Notes under the pieces: model-generated
Database searches by the model: none
Seen by the model: only the letters and a program-made list of their open reading frames with translations
What the model was told of the DNA's origin: nothing
Source: Acidimicrobiales bacterium
GTDB lineage: Bacteria; Actinomycetota; Acidimicrobiia; Acidimicrobiales; Acidimicrobilacustridaceae
DNA length: 31,405 nucleotides
Reading direction: 5' to 3'
Assembly: GCA_023261915.1 (NCBI GenBank)
Contig: JALRFT010000134.1
Span: forward strand, 1 to 31,405
Part shown: positions 20,138 through 28,752 of the stretch, in pieces
Layout of the letters: every line of letters begins with the position of its first letter
Position numbering within the stretch: the first letter of the stretch is position 1
Translations under genes and position numbers: made by a program

Positions 20138-21115
20138 ATGAGCGCAGACCGCACAGCACCGGACCGCAACCTCGCCCTTGAGTTGGTGAGGGTCACCGAA
20201 GCCGCCGCCCTCGCCGCCTCACAGTGGATGGGTCGGGGGGATAAGGAAGGCGCCGACGGAGCGGCCGTGGACGCCATGCGCCTCGTGCTGGGCACGGTGT
20301 CAATGGACGGCATCGTTGTCATTGGCGAAGGAGAAAAGGATGAGGCACCGATGCTCTACAACGGGGAGCGCATCGGTGACGGCAAGCCGCCCGAGGTCGA
20401 TATCGCCGTGGATCCCGTGGAGGGCACCACGCTGACGGCCAAGGGTCGCGGCAACGCCATCTCGGTCATCGCCCTCTCCGAACGCGGATCAATGTTTGAC
20501 CCCGGCCCGTGTGTCTACATGGAGAAGATTGCGGTCGGCGCCGAGGCCCGCGGGGCCGTCGACATCACGGCCTCCCCCACGGACAACCTCAAGGCGGTGG
20601 CAAGTGCCACCGGGCGGCGGGTGCGCGACCTCACGGCCGTGATCCTCGAACGTGACCGTCACGACGACCTCATTGGCGAGGTTCGCCAGGCAGGAGCACG
20701 GGTGCGACTGATTCCCGACGGAGACGTCGCCGGCGCCATGTCCACCGCCGCCGCGGAATCTGGCGCCGACATCCTCTTCGGTGTGGGCGGCACCCCCGAA
20801 GGGGTCATCGCCGCTGCTGCTCTCAAGTGCATGGGCGGTGAGATCCAGGCTCGGTTGTGGCCCCGCAACGAAGATGAACGCCAGGCCGCCCTCGCCGCCG
20901 GCTACGACCTCGACCGGGTCCTCCACACCGACGACCTCATCGCCGGAGACAACGCCTTCTTCGCTGCCACCGGCATCACCGACGGGGACCTGCTGAAGGG
21001 AGTGACCTTCGGTCGTAACCACGTGACCACCGAGTCGCTCGTGATGCGAAGCCGGTCAGGCACGGTGCGCATGGTGCGCGGCCGTCACCGTCTGGAGAAG
21101 GCCCCCATCACCTGA
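20138..21115 (+). CDS. glpX: Class II fructose-1,6-bisphosphatase
   Basis: [54 protein letters not shown]. Start ATG 20138 (TAGGGT 7 nt upstream). Confidence 0.97.
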   Translation: MSADRTAPDRNLALELVRVTEAAALAASQWMGRGDKEGADGAAVDAMRLVLGTVSMDGIVVIGEGEKDEAPMLYNGERIGDGKPPEVDIAVDPVEGTTLTAKGRGNAISVIALSERGSMFDPGPCVYMEKIAVGAEARGAVDITASPTDNLKAVASATGRRVRDLTAVILERDRHDDLIGEVRQAGARVRLIPDGDVAGAMSTAAAESGADILFGVGGTPEGVIAAAALKCMGGEIQARLWPRNEDERQAALAAGYDLDRVLHTDDLIAGDNAFFAATGITDGDLLKGVTFGRNHVTTESLVMRSRSGTVRMVRGRHRLEKAPIT

Positions 21116-21132
21116 GTCGATCGACGGTGGCG

Positions 21133-22416
21133 TCACACGCTGACGCGCAGCTCCTCGAGGCCCCGCAACACGAAGTGGCCACGGCGGACCACCGGGTCGG
21201 TCTCAACGGTCATGCGGTCCCCGAAGCGCTCGGCGAGCCGGGCGATAGCAACCGCCCCCTCCAGTCGGGCCAATGACGCCCCCAGGCAGAAGTGCATACC
21301 CTGGGAGAACGTCAGATGCTGGTTGTCGGGACGCCTGATGTCGAGTCGATCAGGGTCCTCGAAGCGACGGGGATCACGGTTGGCCGCTGCCAACAGGACC
21401 ACGAGCTGTTCACCGGCGCCGTAGGAGTGTCCGGCGATCTCGACGTCCTCGGTCGGGATGCGGGCGGTGACGTGCACCGGCCCGTCGTGGCGCAGCAGTT
21501 CCTCGACGGCTGAGGGCGCCAGCGACGGGTCATCGTGCAGCAACTGCAGTTGATCAGGGTGGCACAACAGGTCCCAGGTGCCGTTGCCGATGAGGTTCTG
21601 GGTCGTCTCGTGCCCGGCGATGAACAGCAACAGTGTGGTGCTGAACAGTTCCACCTCGCTGAGCCGATCCCCGTCGGCTTCGGCCTCGAGCAACGCCGAG
21701 ATCAGGTCGTCACCGGGGTTGGCTCGCCGCTCGGGGAACAGTTGGGCGAAGTACTGCACCAGTTGGGCCGATGCCGCCAGGGCCCGGTTCATCTCGTCGG
21801 CTGTGAGCGAGAACCCGTCGAGGATTCGCGAGGCATCCGCCGACCATCCGGCGAACAGGTGACGATCCTCGGTCGGCACACCCATCATCTCGCAGATCAC
21901 CGTGACCGGGACCGTGTACCCGAGGTCCGCCACAACGTCGAAACCGCCATCGCGTTCAGCGTTATCGAGCACCCCGTCGACGACCGCAGCGACACGCTGA
22001 CGTAGTTGCTCGACACGACGGGGGGTGAAGGCCTTCGAGACGAGTTTGCGTATCCGCGTGTGATCGGGTGGATCCAAGAACAGCAACACGCTGGGACCGC
22101 TTCCCCCGGAGAACAGGCGAACCTCCGGGGGCGGCTCACCACCGGGCCAGCGGCGATGGTCACCATTGGTCGAGAACCGAGGGTCACGCAGAACGGCCAG
22201 TGCCTCGGCGTGACCGGTGATGAGGGTCTCGCCCAGGTCAGGGACGCTCAGCACCGGGGAGATCGTGCGCAGCGTGTGGTAGGCGGGATGGGGGTCGGCT
22301 CGGAATACCGGGTCGAGACTCGACACACCGCAGTGCTCCTCGAGTAGACGCTCGAGACTCCGCTGGGGTCCAACCCGCTCGGCACGACCTGCGGTCGCCC
22401 CTTCGTGCTCATCCAT
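21133..22416 (-). CDS. Cytochrome P450
   Basis: DPPDHTRIR, AGHETT I-helix, EELLR (ExxR), FSQGMHFCLG heme Cys. ATG 22416 preferred (GGAGAGG upstream). Confidence 0.96.
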   Translation of the reverse strand: MDEHEGATAGRAERVGPQRSLERLLEEHCGVSSLDPVFRADPHPAYHTLRTISPVLSVPDLGETLITGHAEALAVLRDPRFSTNGDHRRWPGGEPPPEVRLFSGGSGPSVLLFLDPPDHTRIRKLVSKAFTPRRVEQLRQRVAAVVDGVLDNAERDGGFDVVADLGYTVPVTVICEMMGVPTEDRHLFAGWSADASRILDGFSLTADEMNRALAASAQLVQYFAQLFPERRANPGDDLISALLEAEADGDRLSEVELFSTTLLLFIAGHETTQNLIGNGTWDLLCHPDQLQLLHDDPSLAPSAVEELLRHDGPVHVTARIPTEDVEIAGHSYGAGEQLVVLLAAANRDPRRFEDPDRLDIRRPDNQHLTFSQGMHFCLGASLARLEGAVAIARLAERFGDRMTVETDPVVRRGHFVLRGLEELRVSV

Positions 22417-22464
22417 TGCGTCCAACCTCTCCCTCGGCCTCGCTCTCAGCGAGACGCTAGGGGA

Positions 22465-23616
22465 TCAGTCGAGGGGACTGGCAAGGGGGCGCTGGGCCAG
22501 ACGGGAAGCACGAGCCAGGAGCTCGGCGGAATCCAGGGAGCCGCGCACGAACTCCTCGAGTTCCTCCTTGCGATGCACCAGACCGTCCCCAACCTGCGCC
22601 CGGCGCTCGGCGAGTGCCTCGACTGCGTGCTGGCCCGAGGCAACGAGCCTCGTGCTGATCCCGGTTCCCGTGGCGTGGACGGCGGCCCCCGCATGGGCGA
22701 GATGGGACCGGAACGTGCCGATGTCGAATGCTCCGTTGCGGATCCGGTTGGCGGCGCGCACCTGCGGTGAGGGGGTCTTGAGATCACTAACGATGCGCAT
22801 CCACGACAGGAGTCGAAGGATCCCGTAGGTCACATCGAGTTCCCACCAGAAGAACCCCTGTCGGGCCGAGGCTTGGTAGTAGTGGTGATTGTTGTGCCAG
22901 CCCTCACCGAGACTCATGACGGCCAACAGCGCCGAGTTCCTCGAGGTGTCCTCGGTGGCATAGCGACGACGACCCATGACGTGCGCCAGCGAATTGATGA
23001 CGAACGTGCCATGCCACAACAGCACCGTGGACAGGAAGAACCCGATCAGCAGACCCGACCAACCGGCGATGAAGTAGCAGGCGATGGCGAGGGCCCACGG
23101 TCCAATCCAGTCGAAACGGTTCAGGAAGCGGAGTTCGGGGTACTTGGCGAAGTCCTTGATGTTGTCCATCGGTGTCTCGGCGTACTTGTCACACAGGATC
23201 CACCCGACATGGCTCCACCAGAACCCCCGCAGCGGCGAGTGAATGTCCTCGGGAGTGTCAGAAGTGCGGTGGTGGTGCCGATGGTGACCCGCCCACCACA
23301 ACGGACCCTTCTGGGTCGCCATGGTTCCACCGAAGGCCATGAGGAACTGCGGGATGCGGCCCATGCGATAGGACCGGTGGGAGAAGTAGCGGTGGTAGCC
23401 CGCAGTGATGAAGAACATCCGGACCAGATAGGTGACCACCCCGAGCACGACAGCCTCGAGGGCCACGCCAGTGAAGATGACGAGCAGCGGCAAGAGGTGG
23501 ACGATGATGAACGGGATCGACGTCACCTTGTTGACACGCTCATCGGCTGAACGGGCGTAGGCGCTGCGCGCATAGGTAACCGGGGCTGGCGTCGTGGCAA
23601 GGTCGGTGGCCGACAT
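22465..23616 (-). CDS. Acyl-CoA (delta-9-type) fatty acid desaturase with a C-terminal extension
   Basis: His boxes HRYFSH, HRHHH and HNNHH; GFWWSHVGW; GEGWHNNHH. Confidence 0.95.
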   Translation of the reverse strand: MSATDLATTPAPVTYARSAYARSADERVNKVTSIPFIIVHLLPLLVIFTGVALEAVVLGVVTYLVRMFFITAGYHRYFSHRSYRMGRIPQFLMAFGGTMATQKGPLWWAGHHRHHHRTSDTPEDIHSPLRGFWWSHVGWILCDKYAETPMDNIKDFAKYPELRFLNRFDWIGPWALAIACYFIAGWSGLLIGFFLSTVLLWHGTFVINSLAHVMGRRRYATEDTSRNSALLAVMSLGEGWHNNHHYYQASARQGFFWWELDVTYGILRLLSWMRIVSDLKTPSPQVRAANRIRNGAFDIGTFRSHLAHAGAAVHATGTGISTRLVASGQHAVEALAERRAQVGDGLVHRKEELEEFVRGSLDSAELLARASRLAQRPLASPLD

Positions 23617-23774
23617 GGAACCTCAGGAGTCGTGGGCGGGCGCTGGGGGGTGTCGGCACCGTAGCCGAACGATCGGCGAACCGTTGCCCGCAACCACAAG
23701 CAGCAATGAGGTCTGCCCCGGCCCGGCGCCACCCCAACCCCACTCCCCGGACGCTCCCGGTGTTCAATAGAAGG

Positions 23775-25421
23775 GTGAACCCGCTGTTCGGCGACCCCGC
23801 CGGATCCGACACCGATCTGTTGGGTGCGCCCGATGTCACCCCCATCCCTCGGTCGTGGCGGGCCGTATCGGGACTCGTCGCCGCCGGTCTCGGTGTTGCC
23901 GTGGCCGAGTTCCTCGGTGGTCTCACCAGCGTCGTCACCGGGTCGGGGGTGACACTCGTGGGCTCGGTCGGCGACTGGTTCATCGATACCATCGGTCGCC
24001 CTCTCGCCGCCCCTGCCATTGATTCGCTCGGATCGTGGTCAAAGCCCCTCCTCGTCGCCGGCATCGTCGTCGTTTGTCTGGTTCTCGGCGCCGTCGTCGG
24101 CCTCGTCGCCAACCGGCGCCGTCAGGTGGCCGCCCTGGCCTTCGGGGCCGCCGGCCTCGCCGGGGCGGCAGCCGCCATTGGTGTCGAGGGTGCGCCCGTC
24201 GCCGGGGCGGTGATCGCCGCTGCGGGCGGTGCACTCAGTGGCTGGTGGTCCCTCAACTGGCTCTTGCGCATCGCCGCAGGTGAATCAGGCCTGCCCGTGA
24301 CCACCCCCCAGACCCTCACCGCCCAACCCATGGTGCGCTCGGCAACGACGAGGCGCCGTTTCCTGGGTCTGGCCGGACTGACGGCACTGGTAGGGGTCGT
24401 GGCGGCTGCGGCCGGGCGGGCCCTCCAGGGTTCGTCGATGGCCGAGACGGCGCGCTCAGCCGTTCGACTGCCGGCGGCCACCACCACTCCAGGCGTCAGC
24501 CGCATCGGCGCCGTCGGCACGGAGATCACGACTCCGGGGATCAGCCCGCTGATCACCCCCAACGCCGACTTCTACCGCATCGACACTGCTCTGGTCCTCC
24601 CCGATGTCAACCCGGCCGACTGGTCATTGACCATCGACGGCATGGTGAATCGGCCGTTCAGCATCACCTTCGACGAACTGCTCAGCATGCCGATGGTGGA
24701 AGAGGTCGTGACGCTTGCGTGTGTGTCGAATCCGGTCGGGGGGTCGCTCGTGGGCACGGCCGTGTGGCAGGGCGTTCCCTTGGCAATGATCCTCGCCGAG
24801 GCCGGTGTGCAGCCTGGCGCCCAACAACTGGTCGGACGGTCGGTCGACGGTTTCACCGTGGGCTTCCCCGTTGAGGCGGCCACCGACGGGCGGGTGGCGC
24901 TCGTCGCCGTCGGCATGAATGGTGAGCCGCTCCCCGTGCGCAACGGCTTCCCGGCCCGACTCGTGGTCGCCGGGCTGTACGGCTACGTCTCCGCCACGAA
25001 GTGGCTCAGTGAAATTCAGCTGACCACCTGGGACGCCTTCGACGCCTACTGGGTGCCGCGGGGCTGGGCCCGTGAAGCCCCCGTGCGAACCCAGTCGCGG
25101 ATCGACGTCCCGGCCAACGGAACCACGGTGAGGCCCGGACCCGTCCCCATCGCCGGGGTGGCGTGGGCACCCGACACCGGCATAGAGAGCGTGGAAGTCC
25201 GCATTGACGATGGGCCGTGGGTTCCCGCCGAACTCAGCGAACCACTCTCCAACGATGCGTGGCGACAGTGGGTGTTGACGTGGGACGCCACACCGGGACT
25301 CGCCACTATTGAGGTCCGGGCCACCGATCGCACCGGATTCACCCAACCCGAGGGTCCGCGGCCGGTCGCTCCGGACGGTGCCGAGGGTTGGCACACCGTC
25401 CGCATCACCGTCAACGAGTAG
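23775..25421 (+). CDS. Membrane-anchored sulfite-oxidase-family molybdopterin oxidoreductase
   Basis: ITPNADFYRID, TLACVSN (Mo-ligating Cys), MNGEPLP..NGFPARL, YGYVSATKWL, C-terminal Ig-like dimerisation domain; 5 N-terminal TM segments. Start uncertain (23760-23835). Confidence 0.92.
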   Translation: MNPLFGDPAGSDTDLLGAPDVTPIPRSWRAVSGLVAAGLGVAVAEFLGGLTSVVTGSGVTLVGSVGDWFIDTIGRPLAAPAIDSLGSWSKPLLVAGIVVVCLVLGAVVGLVANRRRQVAALAFGAAGLAGAAAAIGVEGAPVAGAVIAAAGGALSGWWSLNWLLRIAAGESGLPVTTPQTLTAQPMVRSATTRRRFLGLAGLTALVGVVAAAAGRALQGSSMAETARSAVRLPAATTTPGVSRIGAVGTEITTPGISPLITPNADFYRIDTALVLPDVNPADWSLTIDGMVNRPFSITFDELLSMPMVEEVVTLACVSNPVGGSLVGTAVWQGVPLAMILAEAGVQPGAQQLVGRSVDGFTVGFPVEAATDGRVALVAVGMNGEPLPVRNGFPARLVVAGLYGYVSATKWLSEIQLTTWDAFDAYWVPRGWAREAPVRTQSRIDVPANGTTVRPGPVPIAGVAWAPDTGIESVEVRIDDGPWVPAELSEPLSNDAWRQWVLTWDATPGLATIEVRATDRTGFTQPEGPRPVAPDGAEGWHTVRITVNE

Positions 25422-25432
25422 TCAGCGGCCCT

Positions 25433-26428
25433 TCAGTTCCCGGACGAAGCCCGGGCGAGACGGTCACGCACGGCGGCTCCGACGCCTTGGGGTGGTGGTG
25501 CCACGACAACGACGGCAGTGCACTTCAGTCGATCGGCCTGACGAAGACGGTCATAGAGGTCATGGGCGAAGCCCTCGGGGCCGCCCACCGGCTCGAGATC
25601 CACGAGTCGGTGGGCGAGACCCGCAAGGCCGGAACGCACCTGATCAAGTTCGGTGGTCGTGCCCGCCAGCACCGCAATGGAGCCCTCCCCCGGCAAGCCG
25701 GTAGCGATCTCGGTGCTCGCGGCGGCGTCATCGAGCATGTACACGGTGGCGTGAGGGGCGTAGTGGGAGGCGAGCATGCCCGGAGCGCGTGCCTCCCCCT
25801 CGCCCGACCAGAGGGTCACCCCGGTACCGAGCAGCGACGACAGTTCCTCGACGGTCACCGCTCCGGTGCGCAGTACCTCGGGAGTCTCACCACTGAGATC
25901 GATGATGGTCGACTCGACCCCGACCAGACACGGCCCTCCGTCGAGCACAAGATCCACGTCGTCGCCGAGGTCGGCCACCACGTGCGCCGCCGTGGTGGGG
26001 CTGACCTCTCCGAACCGGTTGGCTGACGGTGCGGCCAAGCCGTCATCGAGCCGGCGCAGAACCTCAAGGGCAAGAGGGTGCGCCGGCACCCGCACTGCCA
26101 CCGTGTCCCGGCCCCCGGTCACCTCCGCCGGCACCTCCGCCGCCGCACGCATCACCACGGTGAGCGGCCCCGGCCACAGTGCGTCAGCGAGAGACGCCAG
26201 TGCGGCAGGGATCTCCGCCGCCCAGCGACCGACGTGACTGGCGTCGGGCAGGTGCACGATGAGGGGATGAGTGGGGGGCCGACCCTTCACCGCGAAGACC
26301 CTGCGCACGGCCTCCGGATTACGGGCGTGAGCAGCTAGGCCGTAGACGGTCTCAGTCGGAAGACCGACGAGACCGCCAGCACGTAGGACCCTGACGGCCG
26401 CATCGACGTCGGTGGTCACCTCTGGCAT
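25433..26428 (-). CDS. sua5: L-threonylcarbamoyladenylate synthase, Sua5 type (YrdC domain plus Sua5 C-terminal domain)
   Basis: PTETVYGL, KGRP...PLIVH, APSANRFG, GVESTIID, APGMLASHYAP. Start ATG 26428. Confidence 0.95.
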   Translation of the reverse strand: MPEVTTDVDAAVRVLRAGGLVGLPTETVYGLAAHARNPEAVRRVFAVKGRPPTHPLIVHLPDASHVGRWAAEIPAALASLADALWPGPLTVVMRAAAEVPAEVTGGRDTVAVRVPAHPLALEVLRRLDDGLAAPSANRFGEVSPTTAAHVVADLGDDVDLVLDGGPCLVGVESTIIDLSGETPEVLRTGAVTVEELSSLLGTGVTLWSGEGEARAPGMLASHYAPHATVYMLDDAAASTEIATGLPGEGSIAVLAGTTTELDQVRSGLAGLAHRLVDLEPVGGPEGFAHDLYDRLRQADRLKCTAVVVVAPPPQGVGAAVRDRLARASSGN

Positions 26429-26482
26429 GCACCCATCATTGCCGGTCCGAACCCCACGCCCGCTCCGTGCGATGATGCCGAC

Positions 26483-27448
26483 GTGCCCATCACCCACACC
26501 CCCGCCGCTCCGGTGGGCATCACCGGCACCGGGTTCATCGGTACCGCCCTTGCCGAACGGCTGCGCCACGAGGGTCACGAGGTCCGCGGCGTCGATCTCC
26601 ACCCGGACCCCAGCGGACGTTGGTCGTCACTAGGTGCCACGACCGTGGCGGCTGACATCACCGACCCGACGGCGATGGCCGTGTTCTGTGACGGCCTCGA
26701 CACCGTTTTCCACACCGCAGCCATCGTGGCCGAATCCGGTGATCTTGAAGTGTTCCGCCAGGTCAACGTCAACGGGCCGCTCACCGTGGCGACGGCAGCG
26801 AAGTCCGCCGGGGTTCGACGGTTCGTGCACTTCTCGTCTGTCATGGTCTACGGATTCGACTTCCCCGACGGGGTGAGCGAGGCCGGACCACTTGACGGGG
26901 CTGACAACCCCTACTGCATCACCAAGATCGAAGCGGAAGAGGCCCTCGCCCCACTCCACGAGCCTGGCGTCTTTGACGTGTTCATCATCCGACCCGGCGA
27001 CGTGTACGGACCCGGCTCGGTGCCGTGGGTCCTGCGGCCGTTTGAGGCCATGGCGTCGGGCCTGTGGGCCACCATCGGGGCTGACGAACATCCGCTCATC
27101 AACCACGTGTTCATCGACAACCTCCTCGACGGCATCTGGTGTGTGCTCGAAGCGGGCCGCAGCGGCGAGCCGTTCGTCATCACTGATCAACGAAGGACCA
27201 CCAACGAAGAGTTCTACCGCTACCTGCTCGACATGCTCGAGGTGGGCGAGGTGCCCTCCATCTCCGCCACCGAAGCACTCGGGTTCGGACTCGATCCCCA
27301 AGCCGTTCGGTACCTGATGCGCCGGGGCCAGTACTCCGCCGACAAGGTCGCCACCCTCGGCTACACCCCCCAGGTCGGACTCAGTGAGGGGATGGCCCGC
27401 ACCAAGGCATGGCTGGCCACGCTCCCCGGCGTCGAGTTCCGGTCCTGA
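26483..27448 (+). CDS. Extended short-chain dehydrogenase/reductase (NAD-dependent epimerase/dehydratase, 3beta-HSD-like)
   Basis: GITGTGFIG Rossmann loop, FHTAA, HFSS, YCITK (YxxxK), RPGDVYGPG. Confidence 0.9.
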   Translation: MPITHTPAAPVGITGTGFIGTALAERLRHEGHEVRGVDLHPDPSGRWSSLGATTVAADITDPTAMAVFCDGLDTVFHTAAIVAESGDLEVFRQVNVNGPLTVATAAKSAGVRRFVHFSSVMVYGFDFPDGVSEAGPLDGADNPYCITKIEAEEALAPLHEPGVFDVFIIRPGDVYGPGSVPWVLRPFEAMASGLWATIGADEHPLINHVFIDNLLDGIWCVLEAGRSGEPFVITDQRRTTNEEFYRYLLDMLEVGEVPSISATEALGFGLDPQAVRYLMRRGQYSADKVATLGYTPQVGLSEGMARTKAWLATLPGVEFRS

Positions 27449-27524
27449 ACGCTCGCCACTCGCCCGATCGGCGTCACCACCACAAGCGTTGCCGCTGACG
27501 CGGCCGAGGTGCGACACTGCAACC

Positions 27525-28721
27525 ATGGTGCCACCCACAGCGCAGGCCACCCGGCCCCACGTCGACCTTCTCAGCCCGATGTTCTGGACTGGTGACTTCC
27601 ACACACCCCTGCGATGGATGCGTGAGAACGAGCCGGTGTTCCGTGATGAGGTGAACAACCTCTGGGCCGTCACCCGGCACCACGACATCCAAGATGTCGA
27701 AGGCCGCAGCACCGTGTTCGTTTCGGGTCGCGGCTACCGCTCGTATCACGCTCCGGACGAGACCAACATGATTGCCCTCGACGATCCGCGTCACGCCGAG
27801 CAGCGTCGGCTGGTGTCCCGCCGGTTCACCCCTCGTGCGGTCAAGGACTACGACGAGTGGATCACCACCGCAGTGGACGAGATGGTCGATGAGTTCGTCG
27901 ATGCCGGGAAGGTCGAGGTCATTGACGGCATCGCCGGTCAACTCCCTACCCGCCTGACCGCCCGTCTACTCGGGTGGCCCGAGGAGCGCTGGCCCGACGT
28001 GAAGCGCTGGGCCGAACAACTGATGGCTTACGACCACGCCCCCACCGACAACGCTGCCGCCACCGGGATCCTGACCGCCATCATGGAGTTCGCCGGCGAT
28101 CTCGGCCCCATGACCGACGAGCGGCGGGGGTGCCCCATGGACGACCTGGTGTCAGTGTGGGCCAACGCCGAGGTGGCAGGAGTCCCAGTTGACGCCCAAA
28201 CCATGGTGCACGAGGTCGGCCTCTTCATTTCGGGGGGCGCCGAGACCACCCGAACGGTGATCAGCCGCGGTCTGCGGACCTTCTGTGACCACAACGATCA
28301 GTGGGAACTGCTCAACACCAACCCGGAGTTCATTCCCTCCGCCGTCGATGAATTGGTGCGGTGGGTGACACCACTCAACAACATGTTCCGGGTGGCCGAC
28401 ACCGACAGTGTCATCGGCGACGTGGACGTTCGCGAGGGTGACCGGATCATGTTGGTGTACCCGTCAGGCAACCGCGACGAGGCAGTGTTCGATGACCCCT
28501 ACTGCTTCGACGTGACCCGCTCCCCCAACCCCCATGTCGGGTTCGGGTTCGGCACCCATTTCTGTCTGGGTGCGTCACTCGCTCGGTTGGTCCTCACCCG
28601 GGTGCTCGAAGGTCTCGTGCCCCGCATCACCAACCTGCGGGTGGTCAACGAGGTGGTGGACAGGCCCAACATGTTCGCCTGCATGGTCGACGAGTTCGAC
28701 CTCGGCTTCGACCCTCGCTGA
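27525..28721 (+). CDS. Cytochrome P450 (CYP142/CYP125-like by motif resemblance)
   Basis: MIALDDPRH...RRLV, ISGGAETTR, DELVRW, HVGFGFGTHFCLG. Start ATG 27525 (GACACT 6 nt upstream). Confidence 0.94.
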   Translation: MVPPTAQATRPHVDLLSPMFWTGDFHTPLRWMRENEPVFRDEVNNLWAVTRHHDIQDVEGRSTVFVSGRGYRSYHAPDETNMIALDDPRHAEQRRLVSRRFTPRAVKDYDEWITTAVDEMVDEFVDAGKVEVIDGIAGQLPTRLTARLLGWPEERWPDVKRWAEQLMAYDHAPTDNAAATGILTAIMEFAGDLGPMTDERRGCPMDDLVSVWANAEVAGVPVDAQTMVHEVGLFISGGAETTRTVISRGLRTFCDHNDQWELLNTNPEFIPSAVDELVRWVTPLNNMFRVADTDSVIGDVDVREGDRIMLVYPSGNRDEAVFDDPYCFDVTRSPNPHVGFGFGTHFCLGASLARLVLTRVLEGLVPRITNLRVVNEVVDRPNMFACMVDEFDLGFDPR

Positions 28722-28752
28722 GATCTCGACCGGACGCCGTTGATGGCGGCGA

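Noticed and set aside
22440-22454. CTCGCT-ctc-AGCGAG inverted repeat upstream of the first P450
   Set aside because: Only a 6-bp stem; insufficient evidence for a function.
25433-26602. Apparent overlap of the sua5 extension with the SDR gene
   Set aside because: Homology-like sequence begins at MPEVTTD (26428); the upstream 58 codons are not Sua5-like.
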